Assembly (NCBI GenBank): GCA_022508885.1
Contig: JAFLUG010000002.1
Span: forward strand, 6,816 to 70,815
Direction of reading: 5' to 3'
Length of the DNA: 64,000 nt
From: Oscillospiraceae bacterium
Lineage (GTDB): Bacteria; Bacillota; Clostridia; Oscillospirales; Ruminococcaceae
Below are positions 1 through 5,757 of this stretch, piece by piece (the stretch's first letter is position 1; every line of letters starts with the position of its first letter). The notes under the pieces were generated by a model. It saw only the letters and a list, made by a program, of their open reading frames with translations, was not told the origin of the DNA and searched no databases. A program made the translations under genes and the position numbers.

Positions 1-970
1 TTTCCATTGCCGCAAGTCGGTCGCATTCTTTGATCCTCAGCCTCGCGGCGTTTGTAATACGGCTTGTTCCATGACAGAAACAAGCTAAAACCGACATTAT
101 CGGAACTAAATCGGGAATATCCGAGCAGTCGATCTCGAACGCTTTTCCATTCTTGGCGTTTTTGCAGATGTCAACGATCTTTTTATCTCCCTGCAGGGAG
201 TTTTCGTTAAGACCGTTTATCTCAATTTCTGAACCGAGCGCATTTGCTACATAGAAGAACGCCGCCTGAGAGTAATCCCCTTCAACATCTCCCGAAAACG
301 ATTTGAATTTTTCCGTTCCATTTACGGAATATCCGGTTTCATTTTCGGATATATCACAACCGAAATCGTGCAGAACTCCAAGAGTGATATCAACATACGG
401 TTTGGATTGCAGGGGAGAGGTGAGAAAAATTTCGCTGTCTCCCGACAACAGCGGGAGTGCAAACAAAAGCCCTGTGATGAACTGTGAGGAAATTCCGCCG
501 TCAATCTCAAACTTTCCGCCGCTTAATTTTCCGCTGAGCCTACATGGCAAGTTAGTATTGCTCAAAAAATAGAACGAAACATTATGTTTTGGAAATTCGC
601 TGATAAACGGTGTTATCGGTCTTTCCGGAAGCTTTCCTCTGCCTTGAAACTCAGCGTTTACGCCGAGCGCCGCGGCCACGGGTATCAGAAACCGAAGCGT
701 TGAACCCGATTCACAACAGTCTAAAACCGCTTTATCGGGAATATTTTTTATTCCTTCAATTACAGCCTTATTGCCGTCGTATTCGATCTCCGCGCCGAGA
801 GCTTTCATACAGCCGAGAGTAGCTTTTATATCAACAGAAGGGGAGAGGTTTGAAATTTCTGACCTGCCTTTTGAAAGAGCGGCCGCGATAATCATTCTGT
901 GAGCGACGCTTTTTGAAGGCGGAACATTAACGCTTCCGCGAAGCTTGTTTGGAGTAATTTTTATATCCAT
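1..970 (-). CDS. aroA: 3-phosphoshikimate 1-carboxyvinyltransferase (EPSP synthase), first ~323 codons; 3' end lies beyond the left edge
   Basis: Own translation of the minus strand from ATG at 970-968: MDIKITPNKLRGSVNVPPSKSVAHRMIIAAALS...CCESGSTLRFLIPVAAAL...GGISSQFITGLLFALPLL...DIPDLVPIMSVLACF...RLRIKECDRL. The frame is open to base 1. It is missing from the ORF track only because no stop codon lies inside the window. It starts 2 nt after the aroB stop (operon). Confidence 0.9.
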   Translation of the reverse strand, partial: MDIKITPNKLRGSVNVPPSKSVAHRMIIAAALSKGRSEISNLSPSVDIKATLGCMKALGAEIEYDGNKAVIEGIKNIPDKAVLDCCESGSTLRFLIPVAAALGVNAEFQGRGKLPERPITPFISEFPKHNVSFYFLSNTNLPCRLSGKLSGGKFEIDGGISSQFITGLLFALPLLSGDSEIFLTSPLQSKPYVDITLGVLHDFGCDISENETGYSVNGTEKFKSFSGDVEGDYSQAAFFYVANALGSEIEINGLNENSLQGDKKIVDICKNAKNGKAFEIDCSDIPDLVPIMSVLACFCHGTSRITNAARLRIKECDRLAAME

Positions 971-972
971 AT

Positions 973-2025
973 TCAACTTTCCAAGAATTCTTTGTATTCT
1001 TCAACTGACATTTTAACAACTTCACTTTTGCCTATATCCGAGCAAATTATGATATTCATACCGTTTGAAAGATGTTTTTTATCGTGAAGCGAAAGCTCGT
1101 AAAGTTTATCGAGCGGTGCGCTGTCTTTGATAGGCAGACCGCATTTTACCAAAAGCTCGTCCAATTTGTCGCCAACGCCTTTTTTGCACATTCCACGGCG
1201 CTCGGCAATATGTGTGAAAACGCTCATGCCCACCGCAACAGCGTTTCCGTGGGTAATGCCCGTGTAATTGTAGTATTTTTCAAGCGCGTGAGCAAGCGTA
1301 TGTCCGAAATTCAAGAGCATTCTTTCGCCCTTTTCCCGCTCGTCATTTTCAACGACCTGACCCTTGATAGTCACATTTCTTCTCATAATATCAACAAGAT
1401 TCTCGTTGATATCTTCATTTGACAGAATTTCAAACAGCTCGGGAGATTTGATCATTCCGTGCTTTATGACTTCCGCCATTCCGTCCGAGAAAAACTCTGG
1501 AGTAAGTGTCTTAAGAGTATCGGTGTCACAAATAACAAGCTTGGGCTGATGAAAAGCCCCAACAAGATTCTTTCCCGAATTAATGTTTACGGCAGTCTTA
1601 CCTCCTACAGAGCTGTCCGCCTGCGAAACAACTGTTGTCGGAATTTGAACAAAATTAATGCCGCGCATGTATGTCGCCGCGGCATATCCCGCCGTATCTC
1701 CTACAACACCGCCGCCGAGCGCAACAATAAAATCAGAGCGTGTATATCCGTTTTCCGCCATAAAATCATAGATCCCGAGCAGGGTGGAGTGATTTTTAGA
1801 AGCCTCGCCGTGGGGAAACACAAACTTTTTCGCCTCAATTCCTGCTGCATCCAGCGACTTCATCATGCGTTCGCCATAATACTTGTCAACATTGTCGTCT
1901 GTAACAACACAAGCCTTTGTTTTTGGCTTCATTACATGAGATATAAGTTCTCCCGATTTGTCAAGTAGACCCCTGTCAAGCAGAATTTCATAACTTGTGC
2001 TTGCGTTTACCAAAACTTTTTCCAT
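973..2025 (-). CDS. aroB: 3-dehydroquinate synthase
   Basis: 350-aa ORF with the GGGVVGDTAGYAAATYMRGINFVQIPTT nucleotide-binding motif and downstream HxxxH metal ligands typical of AroB. Adjacent to aroA. Confidence 0.93.
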   Translation of the reverse strand: MEKVLVNASTSYEILLDRGLLDKSGELISHVMKPKTKACVVTDDNVDKYYGERMMKSLDAAGIEAKKFVFPHGEASKNHSTLLGIYDFMAENGYTRSDFIVALGGGVVGDTAGYAAATYMRGINFVQIPTTVVSQADSSVGGKTAVNINSGKNLVGAFHQPKLVICDTDTLKTLTPEFFSDGMAEVIKHGMIKSPELFEILSNEDINENLVDIMRRNVTIKGQVVENDEREKGERMLLNFGHTLAHALEKYYNYTGITHGNAVAVGMSVFTHIAERRGMCKKGVGDKLDELLVKCGLPIKDSAPLDKLYELSLHDKKHLSNGMNIIICSDIGKSEVVKMSVEEYKEFLES

Positions 2026-2054
2026 AATAATCCTCCACCGAAATATCTCATATT

Positions 2055-2083
2055 ATTATACAATACTATAATTGATTTGTCAA
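2055..2083 (-). promoter_or_regulatory. sigma-70-type promoter for aroB-aroA
   Basis: On the minus strand: TTGACA (2083-2078), 17-nt spacer, TATAAT (2060-2055), about 30 nt upstream of the aroB ATG. Confidence 0.6.
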
Positions 2084-2135
2084 GAGTTAAGACTGCACGG
2101 CGGACTTTTTACAAAATTTATTTATTCGTAAATTT

Positions 2136-2248
2136 ACCCCCGATAAGGCGAGCCGCCTTTGGCAATACGTTCCACATGTGAAACGCTGTCAAAGGCTGAT
2201 GCTCGAAGATGCGACACTTCTATATCGCACTTTCCTTAACTCGGGGGT
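2136..2248. other. ~113-nt highly structured intergenic element (multi-stem; unknown class)
   Basis: The closing helix ACCCCCGAtAAGG (2136-2148) pairs with CCTTAaCTCGGGGGT (2234-2248). Nested inside are helices CGAGC/GCTCG, GCCTTTG/CAAAGGC and a GTGCGA/TCGCA(T) hairpin. The element lies between the SCP2-gene stop and the aroB promoter. Confidence 0.4.
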
Positions 2249-2282
2249 AACAATTTTTTAAGAGATGATCAGTAAGAAAAAA

Positions 2283-2786
2283 TCAGAAAATTGAAGCGAT
2301 CATAACTGCAGCAGGGATATTTCCGTTTGCATTAAGAGCACCGGTAGAAACAGCATCCTTTAGCGTAAGTTTTCCATCAAGAAGTTTCATCATATTTTCA
2401 TAGTTGATATATGCCTCAAAGCTGCAGTTGTCATAACGATAGGGCTGGACATCAACTTTACCATTCTTGACCTCAACATAAAGGTGGCAACTTGTATCGT
2501 TTTCCAAGCCCCATACCTCGATATCGACCGCTGCATCCGATTTAACATTCTTAGCGTTTTTAATGAGCTTTCTGAGTTTAGCACACATTTCATCTGCTGT
2601 GGCAAACTTGGGCTTTCTAACTACTTTTTTCTTAGCAGCCACAGATTTAGCAGGCGTCTTTGCCGAAGTCTTAGCAGTTTTAGCAGGTGTCGTTTTCTTG
2701 GCCGATGTCGATTTTACCGCAGCTTTTGCTGTTGCAGTTTTGGTTGTCGCGGTTTTCTTTGCCGGTTTTTTCTCAGATTTGGTCAT
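2283..2786 (-). CDS. SCP2 (sterol-carrier-like) domain protein with a Lys/Ala/Thr-rich N-terminal tail
   Basis: The C-terminal ...LYVEVKNGKVDVQPY...KLLDGKLTLKDAVSTGALNANGNIPAAVMIASIF fits the SCP2 fold signature. The N-terminus is a KKPAKKTATTKTATAKAAVKSTSAKKTTPAKTAK repeat-like tail. I prefer the ATG at 2786 (RBS GAAAGGA upstream) over the ORF-track start at 2804. Confidence 0.65.
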   Translation of the reverse strand: MTKSEKKPAKKTATTKTATAKAAVKSTSAKKTTPAKTAKTSAKTPAKSVAAKKKVVRKPKFATADEMCAKLRKLIKNAKNVKSDAAVDIEVWGLENDTSCHLYVEVKNGKVDVQPYRYDNCSFEAYINYENMMKLLDGKLTLKDAVSTGALNANGNIPAAVMIASIF

Positions 2787-2923
2787 ATCAAAATATCCTT
2801 TCAACTATTCCGCTGGATACGGAAATTTTTACTACAATAATATAATAACATATTATTTCAAAAAATTCAACTGATTTTTTATATTGTATAAATATTTTTA
2901 CAAATTTTATTAACACTGATATA

Positions 2924-2952
2924 TTGACTTAACAGCATATGAATGATATAAT
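2924..2952 (+). promoter_or_regulatory. sigma-70-type promoter reading into the left prophage junction (putative original promoter of the recombinase gene)
   Basis: TTGACT (2924-2929), 17-nt spacer, TATAAT (2947-2952). It has the same layout as the promoter at 10996-11024 and is followed by the same CAGTAGGG leader. Confidence 0.55.
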
Positions 2953-2957
2953 AACCA

Positions 2958-3006
2958 CAGTAGGGAAAAATATTGCTTATTGCGTAAAATAGAAATGTTA
3001 TGGTAG
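2958..3006 (+). repeat. Left copy of the junction direct repeat (attL-like): intact left arm and centre of the recombinase core site, with a degenerate right arm
   Basis: 2958-2995 (cagtagggaaaaatattgcttATTGCGTAAAATAGAAA) matches 11030-11067 at 33 of 38 positions. The last 18 bp, ATTGCGTAAAATAGAAAT (2979-2996), are identical to 11051-11068. The right arm here is TGTTATGGTAG(CAAT) instead of TTTTACGCAAT. Confidence 0.75.
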
Positions 3007-3014
3007 CAATTTTA

Positions 3015-3046
3015 GTGCGGTTTTCACAAACCGCACTTCTTTTTTT
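3015..3046 (+). terminator. Rho-independent terminator just inside the left prophage end
   Basis: GTGCGGTTT (3015-3023), loop TCAC, AAACCGCAC (3028-3036), followed by TTCTTTTTTT. Confidence 0.75.
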
Positions 3047-3145
3047 GTGTCAACTTTCCGGCTCTGTTCGTCATGACTTTTTTCATCATTTTTGCGCGAC
3101 TCAGCTCGTCATAATTATATAAACGGTATTCGCGCCTTCGATAGC

Positions 3146-3395
3146 CCGCGCCCGCAGGCGCGGAACTCTCTTAGTGTTATCTTCTAAAAAACTCATGAGC
3201 CGAAATAAGTTTTTCCTCTATTTAGGACTTTTAACGCGCCCGCCTCGATAATAAATTGAACAAATCAAGGTTATATTTGCGGTATGACAACTTTCGGTTT
3301 CTTGAAAGAAGAACAGCGCAGCCTCGCGCGGGGTGGGCTTCAGCCCTCCGCGCGAGGCGTTCGGGGAAACCCCGTCTTGGTAATACGGGGTTTCC
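3146..3395. other. Cluster of GC-rich perfect hairpins (candidate phage intergenic region: ssDNA origin or packaging signal)
   Basis: Three hairpins: CCGCGCC-cgca-GGCGCGG (3146-3163); GCCTCGCGCGG...CCGCGCGAGGC (3321-3358, with inner GGGCT/AGCCC); GGAAACCCCGT-cttggtaat-ACGGGGTTTCC (3365-3395). The three overlapping ORF-track ORFs here lack RBSs and recognisable motifs. Confidence 0.5.
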
Positions 3396-3472
3396 ATTAC
3401 AAGCACCCCTGACCGGGGCGGAAATCTCGGTCTGGATGAAGAATAAAAAATCCAAAATTTACCATTTTCCCG

Positions 3473-3506
3473 CGGTGAAAAAATATCCCCCGACCGAGGT
3501 CGGGGG
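3473..3506 (-). terminator. Rho-independent terminator of the leftward lysogeny operon
   Basis: Plus-strand hairpin CCCCCGACC-ga-GGTCGGGGG (3487-3506). On the minus strand it is followed by ATATTTTTTT. It lies directly after the stop of the 50-aa gene. Confidence 0.7.
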
Positions 3507-3510
3507 GGGT

Positions 3511-3663
3511 TTATTCAGCTTTTTCAATGTATTTTTCTTTCATTTCATTTAAATCTGAATTTACTCTTTCAATAAAATCTTCTTTACTTTCTGCATTATC
3601 TGAATTAAAGTTTAACATTTCTATAATTTCTTCAAATATCTCTTCAATTATTTCTTTTTTCAT
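3511..3663 (-). CDS. Small acidic helical protein (50 aa), translationally coupled to the XRE repressor
   Basis: Own translation: MKKEIIEEIFEEIIEMLNFNSDNAESKEDFIERVNSDLNEMKEKYIEKAE. Its ATG (3663-3661) overlaps the repressor TGA (ATGA). Below the ORF-track size cutoff. Confidence 0.5.
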   Translation of the reverse strand: MKKEIIEEIFEEIIEMLNFNSDNAESKEDFIERVNSDLNEMKEKYIEKAE

Positions 3664-3890
3664 TTTCTCATCTCCTTTTTTTTATATGGTTTTTCTTCAT
3701 CTGTAATATTTGCTATATAATCTATCGAAACATTGTATATTTTTGCGAATTGTACTGCTACATCTAATGGTACTATTCTTTTCCCGTGTTCGTATCTTAT
3801 ATAACTATTCAATGATATAAAGGCTTTCTTTGCACATTCGTTTTGTGAATAGCCTTCTCTTTCTCTTAATTCGCTTAATCTTGTGTACAT
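3660..3890 (-). CDS. XRE-family helix-turn-helix repressor (cI-like), 76 aa
   Basis: LSELREREGYSQNECAKKAFISLNSYIRYEHGKR is a typical HTH_3 motif. The gene is divergent from the rightward phage operon, with three operators in between. Confidence 0.85.
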   Translation of the reverse strand: MYTRLSELREREGYSQNECAKKAFISLNSYIRYEHGKRIVPLDVAVQFAKIYNVSIDYIANITDEEKPYKKKEMRK

Positions 3891-3930
3891 TCATTATACC
3901 ACCTTTCTTTCTTTTATTATAAAAAAAAAT

Positions 3931-3991
3931 CTCCAAATGGAGTTGACAATTCACTCCAAATGGAGTATAATGATTATAACTCCAAATGGAG
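3931..3991 (+). promoter_or_regulatory. Rightward phage promoter interleaved with three identical operators
   Basis: CTCCAAATGGAG (arms CTCCA/TGGAG) occurs at 3931-3942, 3954-3965 and 3980-3991. TTGACA (3943-3948) directly follows O1. TATAAT (3966-3971) directly follows O2, with an exact 17-nt spacer. Confidence 0.75.
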
Positions 3992-4032
3992 TTAAATTTT
4001 ATTTCTCATTAAAAGAGAAGAAAGGTGTTTTT

Positions 4033-4392
4033 ATGAGTTTATTAGAAAGTATTTTTGAAGTCAAAAAAAGACAAGTTTTTTCAAGCGATCAAGCAAGATG
4101 TGAAGAATTCCTTCAATATTTTGATGATCCGGATAGGCTCATTGATTATTTTAAATGTAGCATTTTTTTCCAACCTGAGCTTGATTTTTATTATCAGTTA
4201 GCCTCATTTATTACTATGCTTGATTATGCCGAAGACCTTTTTTGTTATCTAATTTATTATGGATTTCCTTTTGAGATGGCAAAAAATATTCTTCTTCCTT
4301 TTTATTACAATGATGAGGCTTTAGTTAAATCGTGGTTTTATAATTGTATGTCTCGCGCTTCTGATGATATAAGAAAAAAACATGGTATTTAA
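4033..4392 (+). CDS. Hypothetical phage protein, 119 aa (first gene of the rightward operon)
   Basis: The ATG at 4033 is preceded by AGAAAGG. The ORF-track start at 3883 would overlap the repressor start and the operators. No motif recognised. Confidence 0.5.
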   Translation: MSLLESIFEVKKRQVFSSDQARCEEFLQYFDDPDRLIDYFKCSIFFQPELDFYYQLASFITMLDYAEDLFCYLIYYGFPFEMAKNILLPFYYNDEALVKSWFYNCMSRASDDIRKKHGI

Positions 4393-4430
4393 ATTTATCG
4401 CTCACCAAAAGAGCAGAAAGGTTTATAAAA

Positions 4431-4574
4431 ATGGAAAATCAAGAAACTAATGAAAAGTCCCTTGAACATTTAGAAATGGAAGCTTTTGAGGATTGGTTCT
4501 GGAAAACCTATGAATCTACAAAAAATCTTTCTTCTGAACAATTTCTTGATTATTATGATTATGAATTTCCTTAA
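4431..4574 (+). CDS. Hypothetical small acidic protein, 47 aa
   Basis: Own translation: MENQETNEKSLEHLEMEAFEDWFWKTYESTKNLSSEQFLDYYDYEFP. RBS-like AGAAAGG upstream. Confidence 0.4.
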   Translation: MENQETNEKSLEHLEMEAFEDWFWKTYESTKNLSSEQFLDYYDYEFP

Positions 4575-4577
4575 ATT

Positions 4578-4609
4578 CCGTTGGTCGTCCGGATCACGAC
4601 GACCACCAA
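4578..4609 (+). repeat. Conserved hairpin motif, copy 1
   Basis: CCGTT-GGTCGTC-cggatcac-GACGACC-ACCAA. See copy 2 at 5491-5520, which has a compensatory base-pair change. Confidence 0.6.
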
Positions 4610-4671
4610 GAGCAATAACGCTCTATAAATTTTATAGCTCTATAAAAGAGCGGAAAGAAGAGGTAAAAATT

Positions 4672-4932
4672 ATGTTGGTACAGTTGATTGGTGTTCAGGA
4701 TTTAAATTTTGACACGGACGACAACAAGCACATCGAGGGTCTTAAGCTGCACATCGCTTATGAGAATCCGCACGTTACCGGGCTGAAGGTCGACAGTAAG
4801 TTTATCAATGCAGACCTTTGCAAGAAGCTTAATCTGACGGCTTCAACCCTTGCCGGATATATCGACGCTGTTGTAGATATTGCAACGGATATCAACGGTA
4901 AGATCATCGGCGTTACACCTTGTAAGGAGTGA
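4672..4932 (+). CDS. Hypothetical 86-aa protein; position and size compatible with an ssDNA-binding (gene V-like) protein
   Basis: ATG at 4672 is preceded by AAGAGG. MLVQLIGVQDLNFDTDDNKHIEGLKLHIAYENPHVTGLKVDSKF... looks beta-rich and has no TM segment. The functional guess rests only on size and synteny. Confidence 0.45.
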   Translation: MLVQLIGVQDLNFDTDDNKHIEGLKLHIAYENPHVTGLKVDSKFINADLCKKLNLTASTLAGYIDAVVDIATDINGKIIGVTPCKE

Positions 4933-4938
4933 TTTTAC

Positions 4939-5034
4939 ATGCTCGAGTTTCTTCAGTGGGCTTGCCTCGGAAGCGGAATAATCTTTGCAGTTCTGCTTGT
5001 GATTTATTTCGTAACACGCAAGCGGGGGGATTAA
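4939..5034 (+). CDS. 31-aa single-TM protein with a basic C-terminus (coat or minor-coat candidate)
   Basis: Own translation: MLEFLQWACLGSGIIFAVLLVIYFVTRKRGD. RBS AAGGAG lies 8 nt upstream. Confidence 0.5.
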   Translation: MLEFLQWACLGSGIIFAVLLVIYFVTRKRGD

Positions 5035-5037
5035 TGT

Positions 5038-5283
5038 ATGTTGGAAATTCTTTTGAGTGAAGTTACAGAAACCTTGCCGGTACAGGCTATTGAGCTTGAA
5101 GAACAGATAAATCATTATTGGGCGCAGCTTGGCTCTTCTGTATTTCAGCCCGGTTTGATTATTGACCTTCTTTCGGATATGACAAAAAATCCTCTCTGTC
5201 TTTCTGTAACTGGCGCTTTGCTTGTAGTTTTTGGTTTTAAAATCTTCTCTCAAATGATATTCGCTCATCTTGAAAGGAGGTGA
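5038..5283 (+). CDS. Hypothetical 81-aa protein with a C-terminal TM segment
   Basis: ORF-track ORF. The hydrophobic LCLSVTGALLVVFGFKIF lies near the C-terminus. The gene is tightly packed between its neighbours. Confidence 0.5.
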   Translation: MLEILLSEVTETLPVQAIELEEQINHYWAQLGSSVFQPGLIIDLLSDMTKNPLCLSVTGALLVVFGFKIFSQMIFAHLERR

Positions 5284-5287
5284 TATT

Positions 5288-5479
5288 ATGGAAGGTTCAA
5301 GTACAACCGTTTTGCAGACCGTTGCAGGTAATTCAAAGGATTTTCTTGGCTTGGTAACAGATATCGGGAGTACATGTATGCAGAATGAGGTTTGCATGGC
5401 ATTTCTGACTGTTACTTTCCTTTCTTTGGCTGTACGTCTGTTTAAGAAGGTTGTCCGTGCTCTCGGTCGCGGAAGATAA
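5288..5479 (+). CDS. 63-aa major-coat-protein candidate (pVIII-like architecture)
   Basis: ATG at 5288 is preceded by AAAGGAGG. It has a polar N-terminal part, then the hydrophobic core MAFLTVTFLSLAV, then the basic tail RLFKKVVRALGRGR. Hairpins and a terminator follow, as after coat genes of known filamentous phages. Confidence 0.5.
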   Translation: MEGSSTTVLQTVAGNSKDFLGLVTDIGSTCMQNEVCMAFLTVTFLSLAVRLFKKVVRALGRGR

Positions 5480-5490
5480 CCTTCGTCAAC

Positions 5491-5520
5491 CCGTTGGTCG
5501 TTCGGGTCACAACGACCTCC
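5491..5520 (+). repeat. Conserved hairpin motif, copy 2
   Basis: CGTT-GGTCGTT-cgggtcac-AACGACC-TCCA. Relative to copy 1 the innermost stem pair changes from C:G to T:A (covariation). The flanks CCGTT...CCAA are conserved. Confidence 0.6.
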
Positions 5521-5560
5521 AAAAAAATCCGCCTTTCGGCGGGAATAGTTTATTTTTCAT
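5521..5560. terminator. Short bidirectional terminator between convergent phage genes
   Basis: An A-run, then CCGCC-tttc-GGCGG (5529-5542), then T-rich sequence. It sits between the coat-candidate stop and the stop of the minus-strand 47-aa gene. Confidence 0.45.
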
Positions 5561-5693
5561 TATCGTTTAATTTCTTAAGTATTTCGTCAAGCTTTTTTTC
5601 TATTGGTTTCATCAAAACGTGATACATTGTTATTATTATAATTACTAATCTTATGAAATCTAATGTTATTAATAGCCATATTTGATTTTCCAT
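5550..5693 (-). CDS. 47-aa single-TM protein encoded antisense to the structural operon
   Basis: Own codon-by-codon translation: MENQIWLLITLDFIRLVIIIITMYHVLMKPIEKKLDEILKKLNDNEK. RBS AAGGAG lies 8 nt upstream on the minus strand. Confidence 0.5.
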   Translation of the reverse strand: MENQIWLLITLDFIRLVIIIITMYHVLMKPIEKKLDEILKKLNDNEK

Positions 5694-5757
5694 TTTTAAC
5701 CACTCCTTTCAATTTGATTATATCAAATCGAGATTATTTTGTCAATGAGGTGATTTT

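Noticed and set aside
3501-3509. G8 homopolymer as a phase-variation tract
   Set aside because: It forms the 3' half of the terminator stem (GGTCGGGGG) and lies outside coding sequence. There is no evidence for a switch.
3218-3552. Three overlapping ORF-track ORFs (62, 74 and 98 aa) in the GC-rich part of the prophage
   Set aside because: They overlap each other on both strands. They have no RBS and Arg/Gly/Pro-rich compositions typical of translated GC palindromes. They coincide exactly with the perfect hairpins, so I interpret the region as non-coding.
3883-4032. N-terminal extension of the first rightward phage ORF (ORF-track start 3883), and the similar extension 4486-4671 of the 86-aa gene
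   Set aside because: The extensions run through the repressor start and operators, and through the conserved hairpin, respectively. Internal ATGs at 4033 and 4672 have proper RBSs.
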